This document shows, piece after piece, positions 19,036-28,934 of a stretch of 64,000 nt of DNA. The stretch covers positions 1-64,000 of the IMG/VR virus record IMGVR_UViG_3300047476_002078; one strand, 5' to 3'. Both the position numbers and the translations under genes were made by a program. The notes below the pieces were generated by a model that saw nothing but the letters and a program-made list of their open reading frames with translations, did no database searches and was not told the DNA's origin. The number at the start of each line of letters is the position of its first letter. The stretch's first letter is position 1.

Positions 19036-21279
19036 ATGAAATCCAACAAAATTGAAAATAAAATTATTGAGACAACTGCTTGGTACGCCAAAACTTTTAA
19101 AGAAAGTCACGGCACTTCCTACGCTTTTAGAAATTTTAAAGTTCTAAAATTTTTAGGGGAAACCTCAAAAGCTTATCATGTTGATGTAGAGTTTTTTTCA
19201 GGTATCTCTTGCACTTGCGGAGTCTGCGGAAGGATTCTATCGAACGCAGTTTCTAAAGCGACTGGAATTGGTCCCGTTTGTGCTGAAAAAATAGGTCTTC
19301 CAAGACCAACACTAGAGTCGGCAAAAGAAACCGTTAAATTAATGGAATCTTTATCACAACAACAAGGTCAATTTACAAGTATTTGGATTCCAAAATCACA
19401 AATTAAAAGAATCGTAGGTGAAGACGGACAAATAATCGAAGGAGACTCTCCTGAATCTGAAAATGATTCAGAAAAAGTAGAAGTTAAATTAGAACATGAG
19501 ATAAAAGTTTCAGGTCAAGAAGTTACTTTCAAATTTAAAGGCGGAGATTTCCAAAATATTTTGAATAAGATGCGTTCAATGAACGGTAAGTGGGATGCTT
19601 CTTCTAAGTCATGGGTAGTATCTCTACAAAATGTAAAAAAAGAATCAAACTCCCTTAAACTTTTAGGATTTAATTTTGATTTAAGCGTGGAAGATGCAGA
19701 AGTCGAAAAGCCTTTGATGCAAATATCCATTGAAGATGATACTGCAATTATCAATTCACCTTATAACTCTCAATTGGTTAATTTTTTCAGAAATAACTCA
19801 GGGTTTATTTATAACGCTTCAAATCACTCAAGAAAGATTAACATTATTTCAGGAGCAGAGACTCTAAAAAAACTTATAGAATTTGCAAAGAATATAGGAT
19901 TTGAAGTTGATGAATCTATAAGCTCTCACCTTGAGGATTTAAAACAAAAGAAAATCGAACTTGAAGCAACAAAAAAAGATTTCACGATTGATCTAAATCT
20001 TGGAATGAAGGTTAAACCATACCCATATCAAATGGCAGGAATTAAGTTCATTGATCTTGCTAACGGCAGAGCAATTGTTGGAGATGAGATGGGTCTTGGA
20101 AAAACTATGCAGGCTTTAGGATGGGTAGCTTGGAGAAAAAAGAAAGCTCTTGTTATTTGTCCTAATTCTTATAAACTCGGTTGGGCTAGAGAGATAACTA
20201 AGTTCACAAATTGCACTAGCCAAGTTTTAGGAAGTAAAAATGTTGAATTTGAGCAATCTGATTTTACGATTATCAACTATGAAAATATTAAAAAACATGA
20301 TTTTTCAAAATTAAATTACGATACAGTTATTATTGATGAATCTCATAAAATTAAAAATTCTAAAACACAAAGATTCGAGTCTTGTGATAAAATTGTATCC
20401 AAATCAAAACATGTAATTTTGCTGACAGGTACAGCGATTGTTAATAGACCTGTTGAATTTTACACACAGCTTAAAATGGTTTCACCTTCATTAGTCGGTT
20501 CTTATGGTTCTTATACTGCTAAATTTTGTGGAGGTCACAATAACGGTTACGGTTGGGATACTAATGGGGCTACGAACTTGGATGAGTTAAGCAAACTTAT
20601 TTCTCCTATCTACCTTCGCAGGATTAAATCAGAAGTTCTTACTGAGTTACCTTCAAAAATTCATCAAGATATAATGATTGAAGGGGTTAAAGTAAAATTA
20701 AATAGACATTCAAAAAACGCTCTTGATGAAATTAATAATCTGAAAATTGAGTTAGCTAAGGAAAAAGTTAGTCATACAATCGAGTTCGTCGAAAACATGG
20801 TTGAGAATGGGGACAAGGTAATTGTTTTCAGTGACTATATTGAGACTGCTAAAAGTATAGCAGATGCTCTTGGAGAAAAAGCTGTATGCTATTTAAGTGA
20901 ACTTTCAACAGAAGAAAGATTCGAGATTGAAAAGAAATTTCAAGAAGATGAAAATGTAAGAGTTTTTGTCGCCACTATGAAAGTCGCAGGGGTAGCACTT
21001 ACTTTAACGGCAGCTAACAAAGTATGTTTTAATGATCTTCCGTGGACTCCGGGCGATTTAAGACAGTGTGAAGATAGAGCACATAGAATCGGTCAAAAAA
21101 ATTCAGTAAATGTTTACAAGATGGTAGCTGAAGGAACGCTGGACGAGTACATTAATGATCTTCTAAACGACAAAATACGTATTCTTGATGCGGTACTTGA
21201 TGGAAAAGAAATTTCGTCTTCTGATAGAGCTATCTTAGATTTATCAATAGAATCAAAGCTTTGTAATATGGTGCGTTAA
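19036..21279 (+). CDS. SNF2-family helicase with N-terminal zinc finger and HARP-like region
   Basis: CGVCGRIL..S.ATGIGPVC; GDEMGLGKT, IIDESH, LLTGT and QCEDRAHRIGQ motifs. Confidence 0.9.
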   Translation: MKSNKIENKIIETTAWYAKTFKESHGTSYAFRNFKVLKFLGETSKAYHVDVEFFSGISCTCGVCGRILSNAVSKATGIGPVCAEKIGLPRPTLESAKETVKLMESLSQQQGQFTSIWIPKSQIKRIVGEDGQIIEGDSPESENDSEKVEVKLEHEIKVSGQEVTFKFKGGDFQNILNKMRSMNGKWDASSKSWVVSLQNVKKESNSLKLLGFNFDLSVEDAEVEKPLMQISIEDDTAIINSPYNSQLVNFFRNNSGFIYNASNHSRKINIISGAETLKKLIEFAKNIGFEVDESISSHLEDLKQKKIELEATKKDFTIDLNLGMKVKPYPYQMAGIKFIDLANGRAIVGDEMGLGKTMQALGWVAWRKKKALVICPNSYKLGWAREITKFTNCTSQVLGSKNVEFEQSDFTIINYENIKKHDFSKLNYDTVIIDESHKIKNSKTQRFESCDKIVSKSKHVILLTGTAIVNRPVEFYTQLKMVSPSLVGSYGSYTAKFCGGHNNGYGWDTNGATNLDELSKLISPIYLRRIKSEVLTELPSKIHQDIMIEGVKVKLNRHSKNALDEINNLKIELAKEKVSHTIEFVENMVENGDKVIVFSDYIETAKSIADALGEKAVCYLSELSTEERFEIEKKFQEDENVRVFVATMKVAGVALTLTAANKVCFNDLPWTPGDLRQCEDRAHRIGQKNSVNVYKMVAEGTLDEYINDLLNDKIRILDAVLDGKEISSSDRAILDLSIESKLCNMVR

Positions 21280-21384
21280 TACTCTAATAAATACATATTA
21301 GTGATCGGTCCATGGGAAGCAAGGAAGCTATTATTTGTATATGAACATATTTGAATTCACCCTTTAACTCTTAGGAGAATTCGT

Positions 21385-21642
21385 ATGGAAGTCATCTTAG
21401 TCGCAATTAAACCTTTAATTGAAACATTTGCAGGGAATAACGGTGTTGTTCTTCAGGTAGTATCAATCATCGGAGCTTTAAGAATTTTATTAAAGCCTGC
21501 CATGACTCTTGCTCAAGCTGTAGTTGATGTTACTCCGTCTCAAACGGATAACGAAAAACTAAACAAGTTTTTAGAAAGCAAGACTTATGCAACAATCGTT
21601 TATGTTTTAGATTGGTTCGGTTCAATTAAATTACGTAAGTAA
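21385..21642 (+). CDS. Small membrane protein (holin-like)
   Basis: 85 aa with hydrophobic segments and a basic C-terminus; RBS AGGAG. Confidence 0.45.
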   Translation: MEVILVAIKPLIETFAGNNGVVLQVVSIIGALRILLKPAMTLAQAVVDVTPSQTDNEKLNKFLESKTYATIVYVLDWFGSIKLRK

Positions 21643-21663
21643 TTGTAAATTCAAAAGGATTTG

Positions 21664-21696
21664 AAAAAGGGGAGTATTTTTTACTCCCCTTTTTTT
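21664..21696 (+). terminator. Rho-independent terminator
   Basis: aaaaaggggagta / tactccccttttt stem followed by a T-run. Confidence 0.85.
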
Positions 21697-21752
21697 ATAC
21701 ATAATCCCTTAATTTTCTACAATATAGGTAAGTTCAATTAAGGAGATTTGAG

Positions 21753-22772
21753 ATGGATTACAAATTTGTAAAAGTGGAAATTGATAAAATGTATAAGCAA
21801 CTCCACAAATACGCTTCATTACCTGCGGAAAATTACCCTCCTGCTAATATAGCAAGTTGGATTAAACAGTGTAAAAAGGCTGGTCGGGATGATTTAGCAG
21901 ATAAAATTATGCAAGGTTGGAATAATTGTGTAGCTAAATATCCTCAAACTAGACTTAGATGGGATACAGCAACAGTTTTAGGGACTAACTCTGTTAAAAA
22001 GAATGTTTTTGGTGGAAAAGATGTAAATTTTGATGAGTGGTTCGCATCTCAAGGAGCACCTCAACAACAAGTACAAGAAGCTAAAAAAATTAAAGAGCCT
22101 AAAATAACTCTTCCTCCTATAGCTACCCCTTCTCCTGAAGAAACCCCTGAACAGTGGCAATCTGAAGCAGCTAAAACTAAAACTATGCTTGACCAAGGTG
22201 AGTCAGCTTTTAAAAATGTTGATGAGTTCATCACTTATTTAAAAAATACGGCGAGCGATCTGCAAAGAAAAATTAGTGATTACGGTCCGGGCGGTTCTAA
22301 AGAAAAAACTAAATCGGGAGCACCTCATAAATTTACAGAAAGGGTTCCAAAGTGGAAATCTGAGTTGGAAACATATTCTGCAAAAATAGAAGAAGTGGAG
22401 AAAAAAACAAAGCAAGCCAAAGAAAAATTTGATGACGCTAAAAAATCTTATGAAAAATCTCCAGCACTTACCGTTAAATATGAACAAAAAGCTCAAGATG
22501 CTTTAGAAGATGTTCTTAACTTTATTTTAAATGTTGAAGATTTTAATAAGCAAAAAGATATGCTGTTAAAGTTCCAAGACACATTAAAAAAGATGGACAG
22601 CAAAAAAGTAGCTTCCTTCGACAAAGAGGCAGCTTTTTGGGATGCCCTTTTTAAAGCTATGACCAACATGTTTGACTATATTTCAAAAGCTTGGAAAAAA
22701 TTAATTGACTGGATAAACGGTCTTTTCAAAGCTATTGATAAATTTGATGAACTTGCAAAAATAGATTTCTAA
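21753..22772 (+). CDS. Hypothetical coiled-coil protein with K-x-A motifs (head-internal candidate)
   Basis: RBS AAGGAG; HKYA at aa 18-21 and DKEAA near the C-terminus. Confidence 0.6.
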   Translation: MDYKFVKVEIDKMYKQLHKYASLPAENYPPANIASWIKQCKKAGRDDLADKIMQGWNNCVAKYPQTRLRWDTATVLGTNSVKKNVFGGKDVNFDEWFASQGAPQQQVQEAKKIKEPKITLPPIATPSPEETPEQWQSEAAKTKTMLDQGESAFKNVDEFITYLKNTASDLQRKISDYGPGGSKEKTKSGAPHKFTERVPKWKSELETYSAKIEEVEKKTKQAKEKFDDAKKSYEKSPALTVKYEQKAQDALEDVLNFILNVEDFNKQKDMLLKFQDTLKKMDSKKVASFDKEAAFWDALFKAMTNMFDYISKAWKKLIDWINGLFKAIDKFDELAKIDF

Positions 22773-22777
22773 ATTAT

Positions 22778-22809
22778 AAGGCGGCAGGTCGTAAAAATCT
22801 GCCGCTTTT
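22778..22809 (+). terminator. Rho-independent terminator
   Basis: gcggcag / ctgccgc stem followed by tttt. Confidence 0.75.
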
Positions 22810-22879
22810 ACCGTAAATTTTACCGTAAAATGAAATTTTATCTATAATCAAAACAACTAACCAAGGACGGAGGTTGTTT

Positions 22880-23635
22880 TTGAGAATAAAATATTTGCTA
22901 TCTAAGTATGATAAAGCTGTTCAAGTTGATAAATCTTTACCAATTCAAAAGCAAACTTTAATAGTATCCCAGCAATTAAAAAGTGTCCGAGACGATTTGT
23001 GCAAAAAGTCTAAAACCTTGAATGATGTCCTCGAAGCACAATACGCTTACATAATATCTTCTTTAAATCATAGAAATAGAATTTGGAAATATGACTACAT
23101 GTCCTTCCCTAGAAGAGTGGGAGAATTATGGGAGTCTTTCTGTAAAGCCGCCTTTTATAATGCACATGATGTAAGACATGTTAATGCCCCTGAATTTAAT
23201 GACATTAAAAAAGAAATAAAAAAATCTATCCCTAAAGAGATATGGCAGATTGTAGGAGAAGTTAATTTAAAAACAGACAGTCTTTTTTATACTGATCGTA
23301 AATTACATGTAATTGACCTTAAATCTAGTTTTAACAGTCATGAAAAAGGTAACATGCAAAGATTAAGGACAGTCGGGGCAGTTTACAAATTATGGAAGCC
23401 TCGCACAAAACTTTTGGTTTTAGTAAGAGAGACAGATAACAGCAATTATTTGGAGCATTTAGAAGAATTTTGGGAAGTAAAATGTGGTAAAGACGCTTAC
23501 AAAACGATTGAAAACTTTACTGGAGTGAATTTACGGAAATGGATTGATCGTAACGTAAATTTTGAAAAACATCTGGATAAAAACTTTTTTATTGACTTAA
23601 AGAAAAATGACCTAGAAAGTTATCTTAACTGGTAA
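22880..23635 (+). CDS. PD-(D/E)xK restriction-endonuclease-like protein
   Basis: GELWE..C, then TDSLF...IDLKSSF (D...D-x-K); GGAGG spacing favours the TTG at 22880. Confidence 0.6.
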   Translation: MRIKYLLSKYDKAVQVDKSLPIQKQTLIVSQQLKSVRDDLCKKSKTLNDVLEAQYAYIISSLNHRNRIWKYDYMSFPRRVGELWESFCKAAFYNAHDVRHVNAPEFNDIKKEIKKSIPKEIWQIVGEVNLKTDSLFYTDRKLHVIDLKSSFNSHEKGNMQRLRTVGAVYKLWKPRTKLLVLVRETDNSNYLEHLEEFWEVKCGKDAYKTIENFTGVNLRKWIDRNVNFEKHLDKNFFIDLKKNDLESYLNW

Positions 23636-23675
23636 AATATAAAATTTTACCGTAAATTTCAAAGGAGTGATTATC

Positions 23676-23972
23676 ATGGCAAAAGAAACCAAAAAGACGG
23701 CAAAAAAACCTAAAACTATGGCAAGCCGTCGAGGAACAGTAACTAAGACAGCTTCAGTTTTTGGGGCTATTGTAAAAACTATTCTTAATACCAAAAAGAA
23801 GACTTTTACATCAACTGAGATTGCTAAAGCCTCTAAAGCCAGCCCACGTCACAGCCGAAGAACTCTAGCTTCTTTAGCTTCTAAAAGCGTTCTAAGAGTG
23901 AAAAAAGGCGAAGCACCATTTGAATACAGTGTTGCCTCTCGTGAAACTCTCAAAAAAATCGTTACTGCTTAA
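23676..23972 (+). CDS. Highly basic winged-helix DNA-binding protein
   Basis: K/R-rich; FTSTEIAKASKASPRHSRRTLASL..VLRVKKG..FEYSV; AGGAG before the ATG at 23676. Confidence 0.65.
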   Translation: MAKETKKTAKKPKTMASRRGTVTKTASVFGAIVKTILNTKKKTFTSTEIAKASKASPRHSRRTLASLASKSVLRVKKGEAPFEYSVASRETLKKIVTA

Positions 23973-24079
23973 ATTAGTCGGGTGTCACATACCTAATCCT
24001 TTGAAATTGTGAGGGTGGCGAGCTATCGCCTCAATTCCTTGATATTTCATAAATTAAATCTCCTTTTGGAGATACAAAA

Positions 24080-26572
24080 ATGATAAGACAACGCCCAAAC
24101 ATTTTAGGAAATGATACAATTACTTCAGATTCTTTTGGAAGCTCTACTGCTATGTCAGGAGACGGTTCCTTGTTAGTTTCTGGAGCTTCAGAGCACAACC
24201 AGACAGGAGCCGTTTACGTCTTTTCTCTGGGAGGAGATTCTCTTTATTCACAGATTCAAAAAATAGTCTCAGATGACATAGCCACTGGAGATAATTTTGG
24301 GATTTCTGTAGATATAAGTAAAGATGGTAGCGTAATTGTAGTAGGGGCATCCGGAACAACCATAGCAGGGAAATCAAATTTCGGGTGTGCTTATGTTTTC
24401 AGAAAATCTGGTAATTCTTGGATTCAAGAAGCAAAACTTTTCACATCTTTATTATCGACGACAACTTCTCAACCTTTTTTTGGTTCAAATGTTGCAATAA
24501 GTGGAGACGGCAATACTATTGTTGTTTCTAACAAGTCAGAAACAAAAGATGTACAGTACGCTCTTTGCTTTTATTACGACGGGGTTTCTTGGACTGAGAA
24601 ATTTTTGCCATATTCAGAACCGGCGGAAGTTTACAACACTGAGTATAATTGGAAGGTGTCTGTAGATTTTAACGGCGAATTTATAGTATCTTCAAAAGCT
24701 CTTGCACAAAACGGAACAGAAGATAATGTAGGCTCTGTATTTGTTTATAAAAAAAATGAAGGGTCTTATCAAAATTTTCAAACATTAAATATAAGTAGAG
24801 AAACATTTCCGAATATATTCTCTATGGGGACTAGCCTATATTTTACTGAAAATGGGTTGAGTGTTTTAGCAAGTGCCCCAAAATCTAACTTAGATGAATT
24901 TTCTGAATTAGGTGCAATTTGCGTATTTAACAGGCATAGAAGAGATTTAACATTTTCGAGTTCACCTGAAGTATTTTATCCAAGAAATACTGACCAAGTA
25001 GATAATTTACGCTTTGGTTTAAAAATATCATGTAGTGAAAACGCTGAAAATTTAATTATATCTTGTAACGGAAGTGCTTATCTTTATAACAGATCACCGA
25101 AATTAAGTTCTTGGGAGTTCATGAATTTAATTTTAGCAAGTGATTATGGAATATCAGAAGTAGATTTTGCAAGTGATGTTGTGTGTTCTAAAGATTTCAT
25201 GTTTTTTTCTATAGCCTCTAAAAATCATTTGAGTAAAGGTGTAGTAACTCCTTTTAAAGTTCAATATAGAATATTTTTAAATGATTTTACAAGATTAGGG
25301 TCTTTAACCAAAATTTTTGATACCTCTATTGTACAAAATGAATTTTCAAATCCTACAGGTTTTATTGAACTTAGACAGCCGAGCCAATCCGCCGTATTTC
25401 AAAAATTAACAATAAACTCTTTATCTTCTTTTAATAAGTTAAAACTTAAATTGAACAAGATCGGAACTCCCACAGGGTTAATAGCTGTCAGAATAATTAG
25501 AGAGTCTGGTGTTTTACCATCTACAAGTGAAAATAATGTTTATGTTTCTTGGTTTGTAGATAGTGAAGAACTAACAGAAGGTGAAAACGAAGTTGTTTTA
25601 GATTTTCCTGTGAGACTTTCAAGCGGTAATTTTTATATTCAAATAGAACCATACAGTTATGATTCTTGGTCTGAAGGATTGAATGAAGTAGCTGTAGCTG
25701 TTGTTATTAATTCATCCTCACCTGATATTTTATTATACGACAGCGGTCTTCAGAATTACTCGGCTGTTACAAGCACATCATTGGTTTATTCTTTAGAGCT
25801 TTCGTCCTCTGTGTACAGAGGTCAGTTTAATTTTTTAAACTTTCCAGTTTTAGATACGTCAAATCCTCATATTGTATTAACAAAACAAGAGCCTTTCAAT
25901 TATTTTGGTGGGGAATTATTGGCTTTTGATATTGATGGAAACATTAAATCTTTTACTTTAGCTCAACCTGCAATAGCTGGAGCGGCTACTGCATCTGAAC
26001 TTGCTTCTTCTTTAAATATAGATTTAGCTTCTATTGGAGGTCAGGCAGAGGTAGTAAACGGAAGAGTAAAAATATCTTCAACGACTGAAAACGGTTACGC
26101 TAAATTTTTTCATACGTTTAATACTGTTTCACAAATTGGAACAGGTAGTTCAATGGATATTTTTAAATTTCAAAAAGGTTACTTTTGTAAGAATTGGAAA
26201 CCTGACATTTTAAGTAGAGCTAGAGTAAGTGTTCCTTTCAATAAGCAAGTGGTATCAGCTTGGAAATTTGCAGATATACCAGAATTTTATGCTAATTCTA
26301 CCATCTCAAATTATTTGGATGATGAAACCCTTTCTGTAGGAGAAGCCCAAAGTATAAAAGTTGAAGTTTACGATTCAAATGAATGGTCTTGGACTAAACA
26401 GCAAATAGTAGAGTTTGGTGTAACAAATTTTATTGAAAAACCGTTTACTCAGATTGTTAGTAATACTCAAAATGTCTCAATACCTTCAAGCGAAACATCT
26501 CACTTAAACGTAGTTTTATTTGAAGACACTATTGACGGAGTTGTTCATTACGGAGCTTTCTGGTATTTATAA
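24080..26572 (+). CDS. Virion protein with FG-GAP-type beta-propeller (receptor-binding/baseplate candidate)
   Basis: Repeated FG.SVxISxDG..IVVGA...G.(A/V)YVF units in the N-terminal ~400 aa. Confidence 0.75.
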   Translation: MIRQRPNILGNDTITSDSFGSSTAMSGDGSLLVSGASEHNQTGAVYVFSLGGDSLYSQIQKIVSDDIATGDNFGISVDISKDGSVIVVGASGTTIAGKSNFGCAYVFRKSGNSWIQEAKLFTSLLSTTTSQPFFGSNVAISGDGNTIVVSNKSETKDVQYALCFYYDGVSWTEKFLPYSEPAEVYNTEYNWKVSVDFNGEFIVSSKALAQNGTEDNVGSVFVYKKNEGSYQNFQTLNISRETFPNIFSMGTSLYFTENGLSVLASAPKSNLDEFSELGAICVFNRHRRDLTFSSSPEVFYPRNTDQVDNLRFGLKISCSENAENLIISCNGSAYLYNRSPKLSSWEFMNLILASDYGISEVDFASDVVCSKDFMFFSIASKNHLSKGVVTPFKVQYRIFLNDFTRLGSLTKIFDTSIVQNEFSNPTGFIELRQPSQSAVFQKLTINSLSSFNKLKLKLNKIGTPTGLIAVRIIRESGVLPSTSENNVYVSWFVDSEELTEGENEVVLDFPVRLSSGNFYIQIEPYSYDSWSEGLNEVAVAVVINSSSPDILLYDSGLQNYSAVTSTSLVYSLELSSSVYRGQFNFLNFPVLDTSNPHIVLTKQEPFNYFGGELLAFDIDGNIKSFTLAQPAIAGAATASELASSLNIDLASIGGQAEVVNGRVKISSTTENGYAKFFHTFNTVSQIGTGSSMDIFKFQKGYFCKNWKPDILSRARVSVPFNKQVVSAWKFADIPEFYANSTISNYLDDETLSVGEAQSIKVEVYDSNEWSWTKQQIVEFGVTNFIEKPFTQIVSNTQNVSIPSSETSHLNVVLFEDTIDGVVHYGAFWYL

Positions 26573-26593
26573 AGAAAAACTTTTGGATATACA

Positions 26594-27376
26594 ATGAAGC
26601 AGTATCACGATCTATTAAACTTTATCTTAAAAAATGGAAAAGTAAGAGAAGATAGAACAGGAACAGGTACTATAAGTGTTTTTGGATACCAAAATCGTTA
26701 TGATTTGGAAGAAGGTTTTCCTTTAGTCACTACAAAAAAAATTCACCTGAAATCAGTTATCCATGAACTACTTTGGTTCATTAACGGTAACACTAACATT
26801 AAATATCTTAAAGATAACGGCGTTTCGATCTGGGATGAGTGGGCAGATGAGAACGGGAATCTGGGTCCTGTTTATGGTCATCAATGGAGAAATTTTGGAG
26901 GTGTCGTAGATCAGCTTCAAAATGCTATTGATACAATCAAAAACAACCCAAAATCACGTCGAATTATCGTTTCTGCATGGAACCCTGTGGATATACCTCA
27001 GATGGCTTTACCGCCATGCCACGCCTTATTTCAGTTTTATGTTGAAGGTAATGAGTTATCTTGTCAATTATATCAAAGAAGTGCAGATGCTTTTTTAGGA
27101 GTTCCTTTTAATATTGCCTGTTATTCAATGTTGACTATGATGGTAGCTCAAGTAACTAATTTAAAGGCTAAAGAGTTTGTCCATACTTTTGGCGATTTAC
27201 ATATCTATAGTAATCATCTCGATCAAGTAAATTTACAGCTTTCTCGACAACCTAAAAAATTACCTTCACTTGAAATAAACCCAGATGTTAAATCTATTTT
27301 TGATTTTAAATACGAGGATTTTAAACTTATTGGTTATGAACCTGAACCTGCTATAAAAGCACCAGTAGCTATTTAA
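26594..27376 (+). CDS. thyA: Thymidylate synthase
   Basis: [39 protein letters not shown] and HIYSNH motifs; uninterrupted. Confidence 0.97.
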   Translation: MKQYHDLLNFILKNGKVREDRTGTGTISVFGYQNRYDLEEGFPLVTTKKIHLKSVIHELLWFINGNTNIKYLKDNGVSIWDEWADENGNLGPVYGHQWRNFGGVVDQLQNAIDTIKNNPKSRRIIVSAWNPVDIPQMALPPCHALFQFYVEGNELSCQLYQRSADAFLGVPFNIACYSMLTMMVAQVTNLKAKEFVHTFGDLHIYSNHLDQVNLQLSRQPKKLPSLEINPDVKSIFDFKYEDFKLIGYEPEPAIKAPVAI

Positions 27377-27378
27377 TT

Positions 27379-27615
27379 TTATTTATTTTCAAATTCATCC
27401 CATAAAGATTGGCAAAAAGCCCAAGTTGCGTCTTCACTTGGAAAATATTTTCTAACCTTCTTATGACATTTAGTTCTCTTGTGCTCTACGTCTCCGACTA
27501 AAGTATCCCAAAATTGTTTTCTACTCCCTTCAGTCCAGCCTTTAGGCATATTTTTCCATTCTGTAGAAATTTTGTTTTCTAATTCTGAAATTTTTTCCAT
27601 TAAACTTTTTTTCAT
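27379..27615 (-). CDS. Small protein with EKISELENKIS leader (head-internal candidate)
   Basis: 78 aa; GWT..SRKQFW..H..TKC..AFC. Confidence 0.6.
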   Translation of the reverse strand: MKKSLMEKISELENKISTEWKNMPKGWTEGSRKQFWDTLVGDVEHKRTKCHKKVRKYFPSEDATWAFCQSLWDEFENK

Positions 27616-27689
27616 ATAATCCCTCTTGGAGATTTAAAATAATTACAAGAAAATTCACCGTTAATCTTTACATCAATTATATTTAAGGA

Positions 27690-27893
27690 ATGAAAAATAA
27701 AAGTGAAAAAAAAGAAGATATGTGTATAAAGTGCGTTCACGCCTTACCAAATTTTAATTTACTTTGGTGTAATAAATATAAAAAAAGCGTACACGCTCAT
27801 GATAAATGCCTTCATTTTGATTTAAGAGAAAAAATTTGTTCTGAATGTAATTGCAAGTTATTAGACTGCTTGTGTCAATACGATGAGTTTTAA
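27690..27893 (+). CDS. Cys-rich hypothetical protein
   Basis: 67 aa, several CxxC-type pairs. Confidence 0.5.
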   Translation: MKNKSEKKEDMCIKCVHALPNFNLLWCNKYKKSVHAHDKCLHFDLREKICSECNCKLLDCLCQYDEF

Positions 27894-27902
27894 AGGTAAA
27901 GA

Positions 27903-28115
27903 ATGGAAATTTTAAAAAAATACGTTATTTTATACATGTATCAAAAAGATCGTAACTTTTATTTAGTAGATTACGATCATGATTCTATAGAGTGGTCTGG
28001 AGATAAAAAAAATAGTTTAATTTTTCCGAATGAGGAAGAAGCATTGAAAGCCATCGAGCAATTTCCTTGGTTTGTTCATAAAGACTTATGTGTAGTTAAA
28101 GAATCAGTTTTCTAG
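27903..28115 (+). CDS. Hypothetical protein
   Basis: 70-aa ORF, RBS AAGG. Confidence 0.55.
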   Translation: MEILKKYVILYMYQKDRNFYLVDYDHDSIEWSGDKKNSLIFPNEEEALKAIEQFPWFVHKDLCVVKESVF

Positions 28116-28634
28116 CATTTTGGATTTACGTCTTTTTTTAACCACTAACTCCAAGGAGTCAGCAAAAATTTTTCCTGACCTTACCTCATCTTTTATTTTT
28201 TTGATTTCTTGCAGAAGATTATCATTTGTAGTTTCTTCAAATCTGCCTTCCATTTCTTCAATCTTCTTTTTTAGAAAATCTATAGTTTTTTGATTTTCTA
28301 ACATTATGCTGACAATCTCATTAATTTTTTTCAAAAGTTCGGTTTCAAAAATTAAATCAGAGCTTTCTTCCGTCATTTTTTCTTTAAAATTCAAAGGAGG
28401 GTCAATGACTTTATCATCGAAAATTTTGAACAAATTTGACGGGATTGTTACGTATTTAACAAATTTATTTTCTGAAACTATTTGAGTTTTTACCAAATAG
28501 CCTTCATTTACGTCTAAAATAAGATCGTTAGTCAGCTTAAATGGGTTACGGAATAAAACAATTTCAGGGTATGATTTATAAAAATCATCTGTTATTGTAA
28601 GAATATCGCCAACTTTAAACGGTGCATTATACAT
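28104..28634 (-). CDS. Hypothetical protein (FKVGD SH3-like N-terminus, coiled coil)
   Basis: 176 aa, RBS AAGGA. Confidence 0.6.
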   Translation of the reverse strand: MYNAPFKVGDILTITDDFYKSYPEIVLFRNPFKLTNDLILDVNEGYLVKTQIVSENKFVKYVTIPSNLFKIFDDKVIDPPLNFKEKMTEESSDLIFETELLKKINEIVSIMLENQKTIDFLKKKIEEMEGRFEETTNDNLLQEIKKIKDEVRSGKIFADSLELVVKKRRKSKMLEN

Positions 28635-28657
28635 GTTTATCCTTCAAGGAAGAAATT

Positions 28658-28933
28658 ATGCGTTTGTTTGTATTTCAATTAAACAATTTCTCTCACGATT
28701 TCAAGAATTTTGTTGTGAAACAAGATAAAAAAAGTGAAGATTTCATGGCTGTTCATTCAGCATTGCTTAGAATAATGCCTAGCAAAAAATTTGAATGTAG
28801 CGTGAGTTACAATTGGCAGTCAGGGTTCCCTTTGTTTATTTTTGAAGATGAGACGGATGTATATGTTGTTTCAGACACACAGCTAAAAATGTTCGGTATA
28901 AAAAGTAGTTTTGAAATAAATGTAGAGGTTTAA
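28658..28933 (+). CDS. Hypothetical protein
   Basis: In-frame ATG at 28658 with AAGGAAG upstream. Confidence 0.6.
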   Translation: MRLFVFQLNNFSHDFKNFVVKQDKKSEDFMAVHSALLRIMPSKKFECSVSYNWQSGFPLFIFEDETDVYVVSDTQLKMFGIKSSFEINVEV

Positions 28934-28934
28934 A

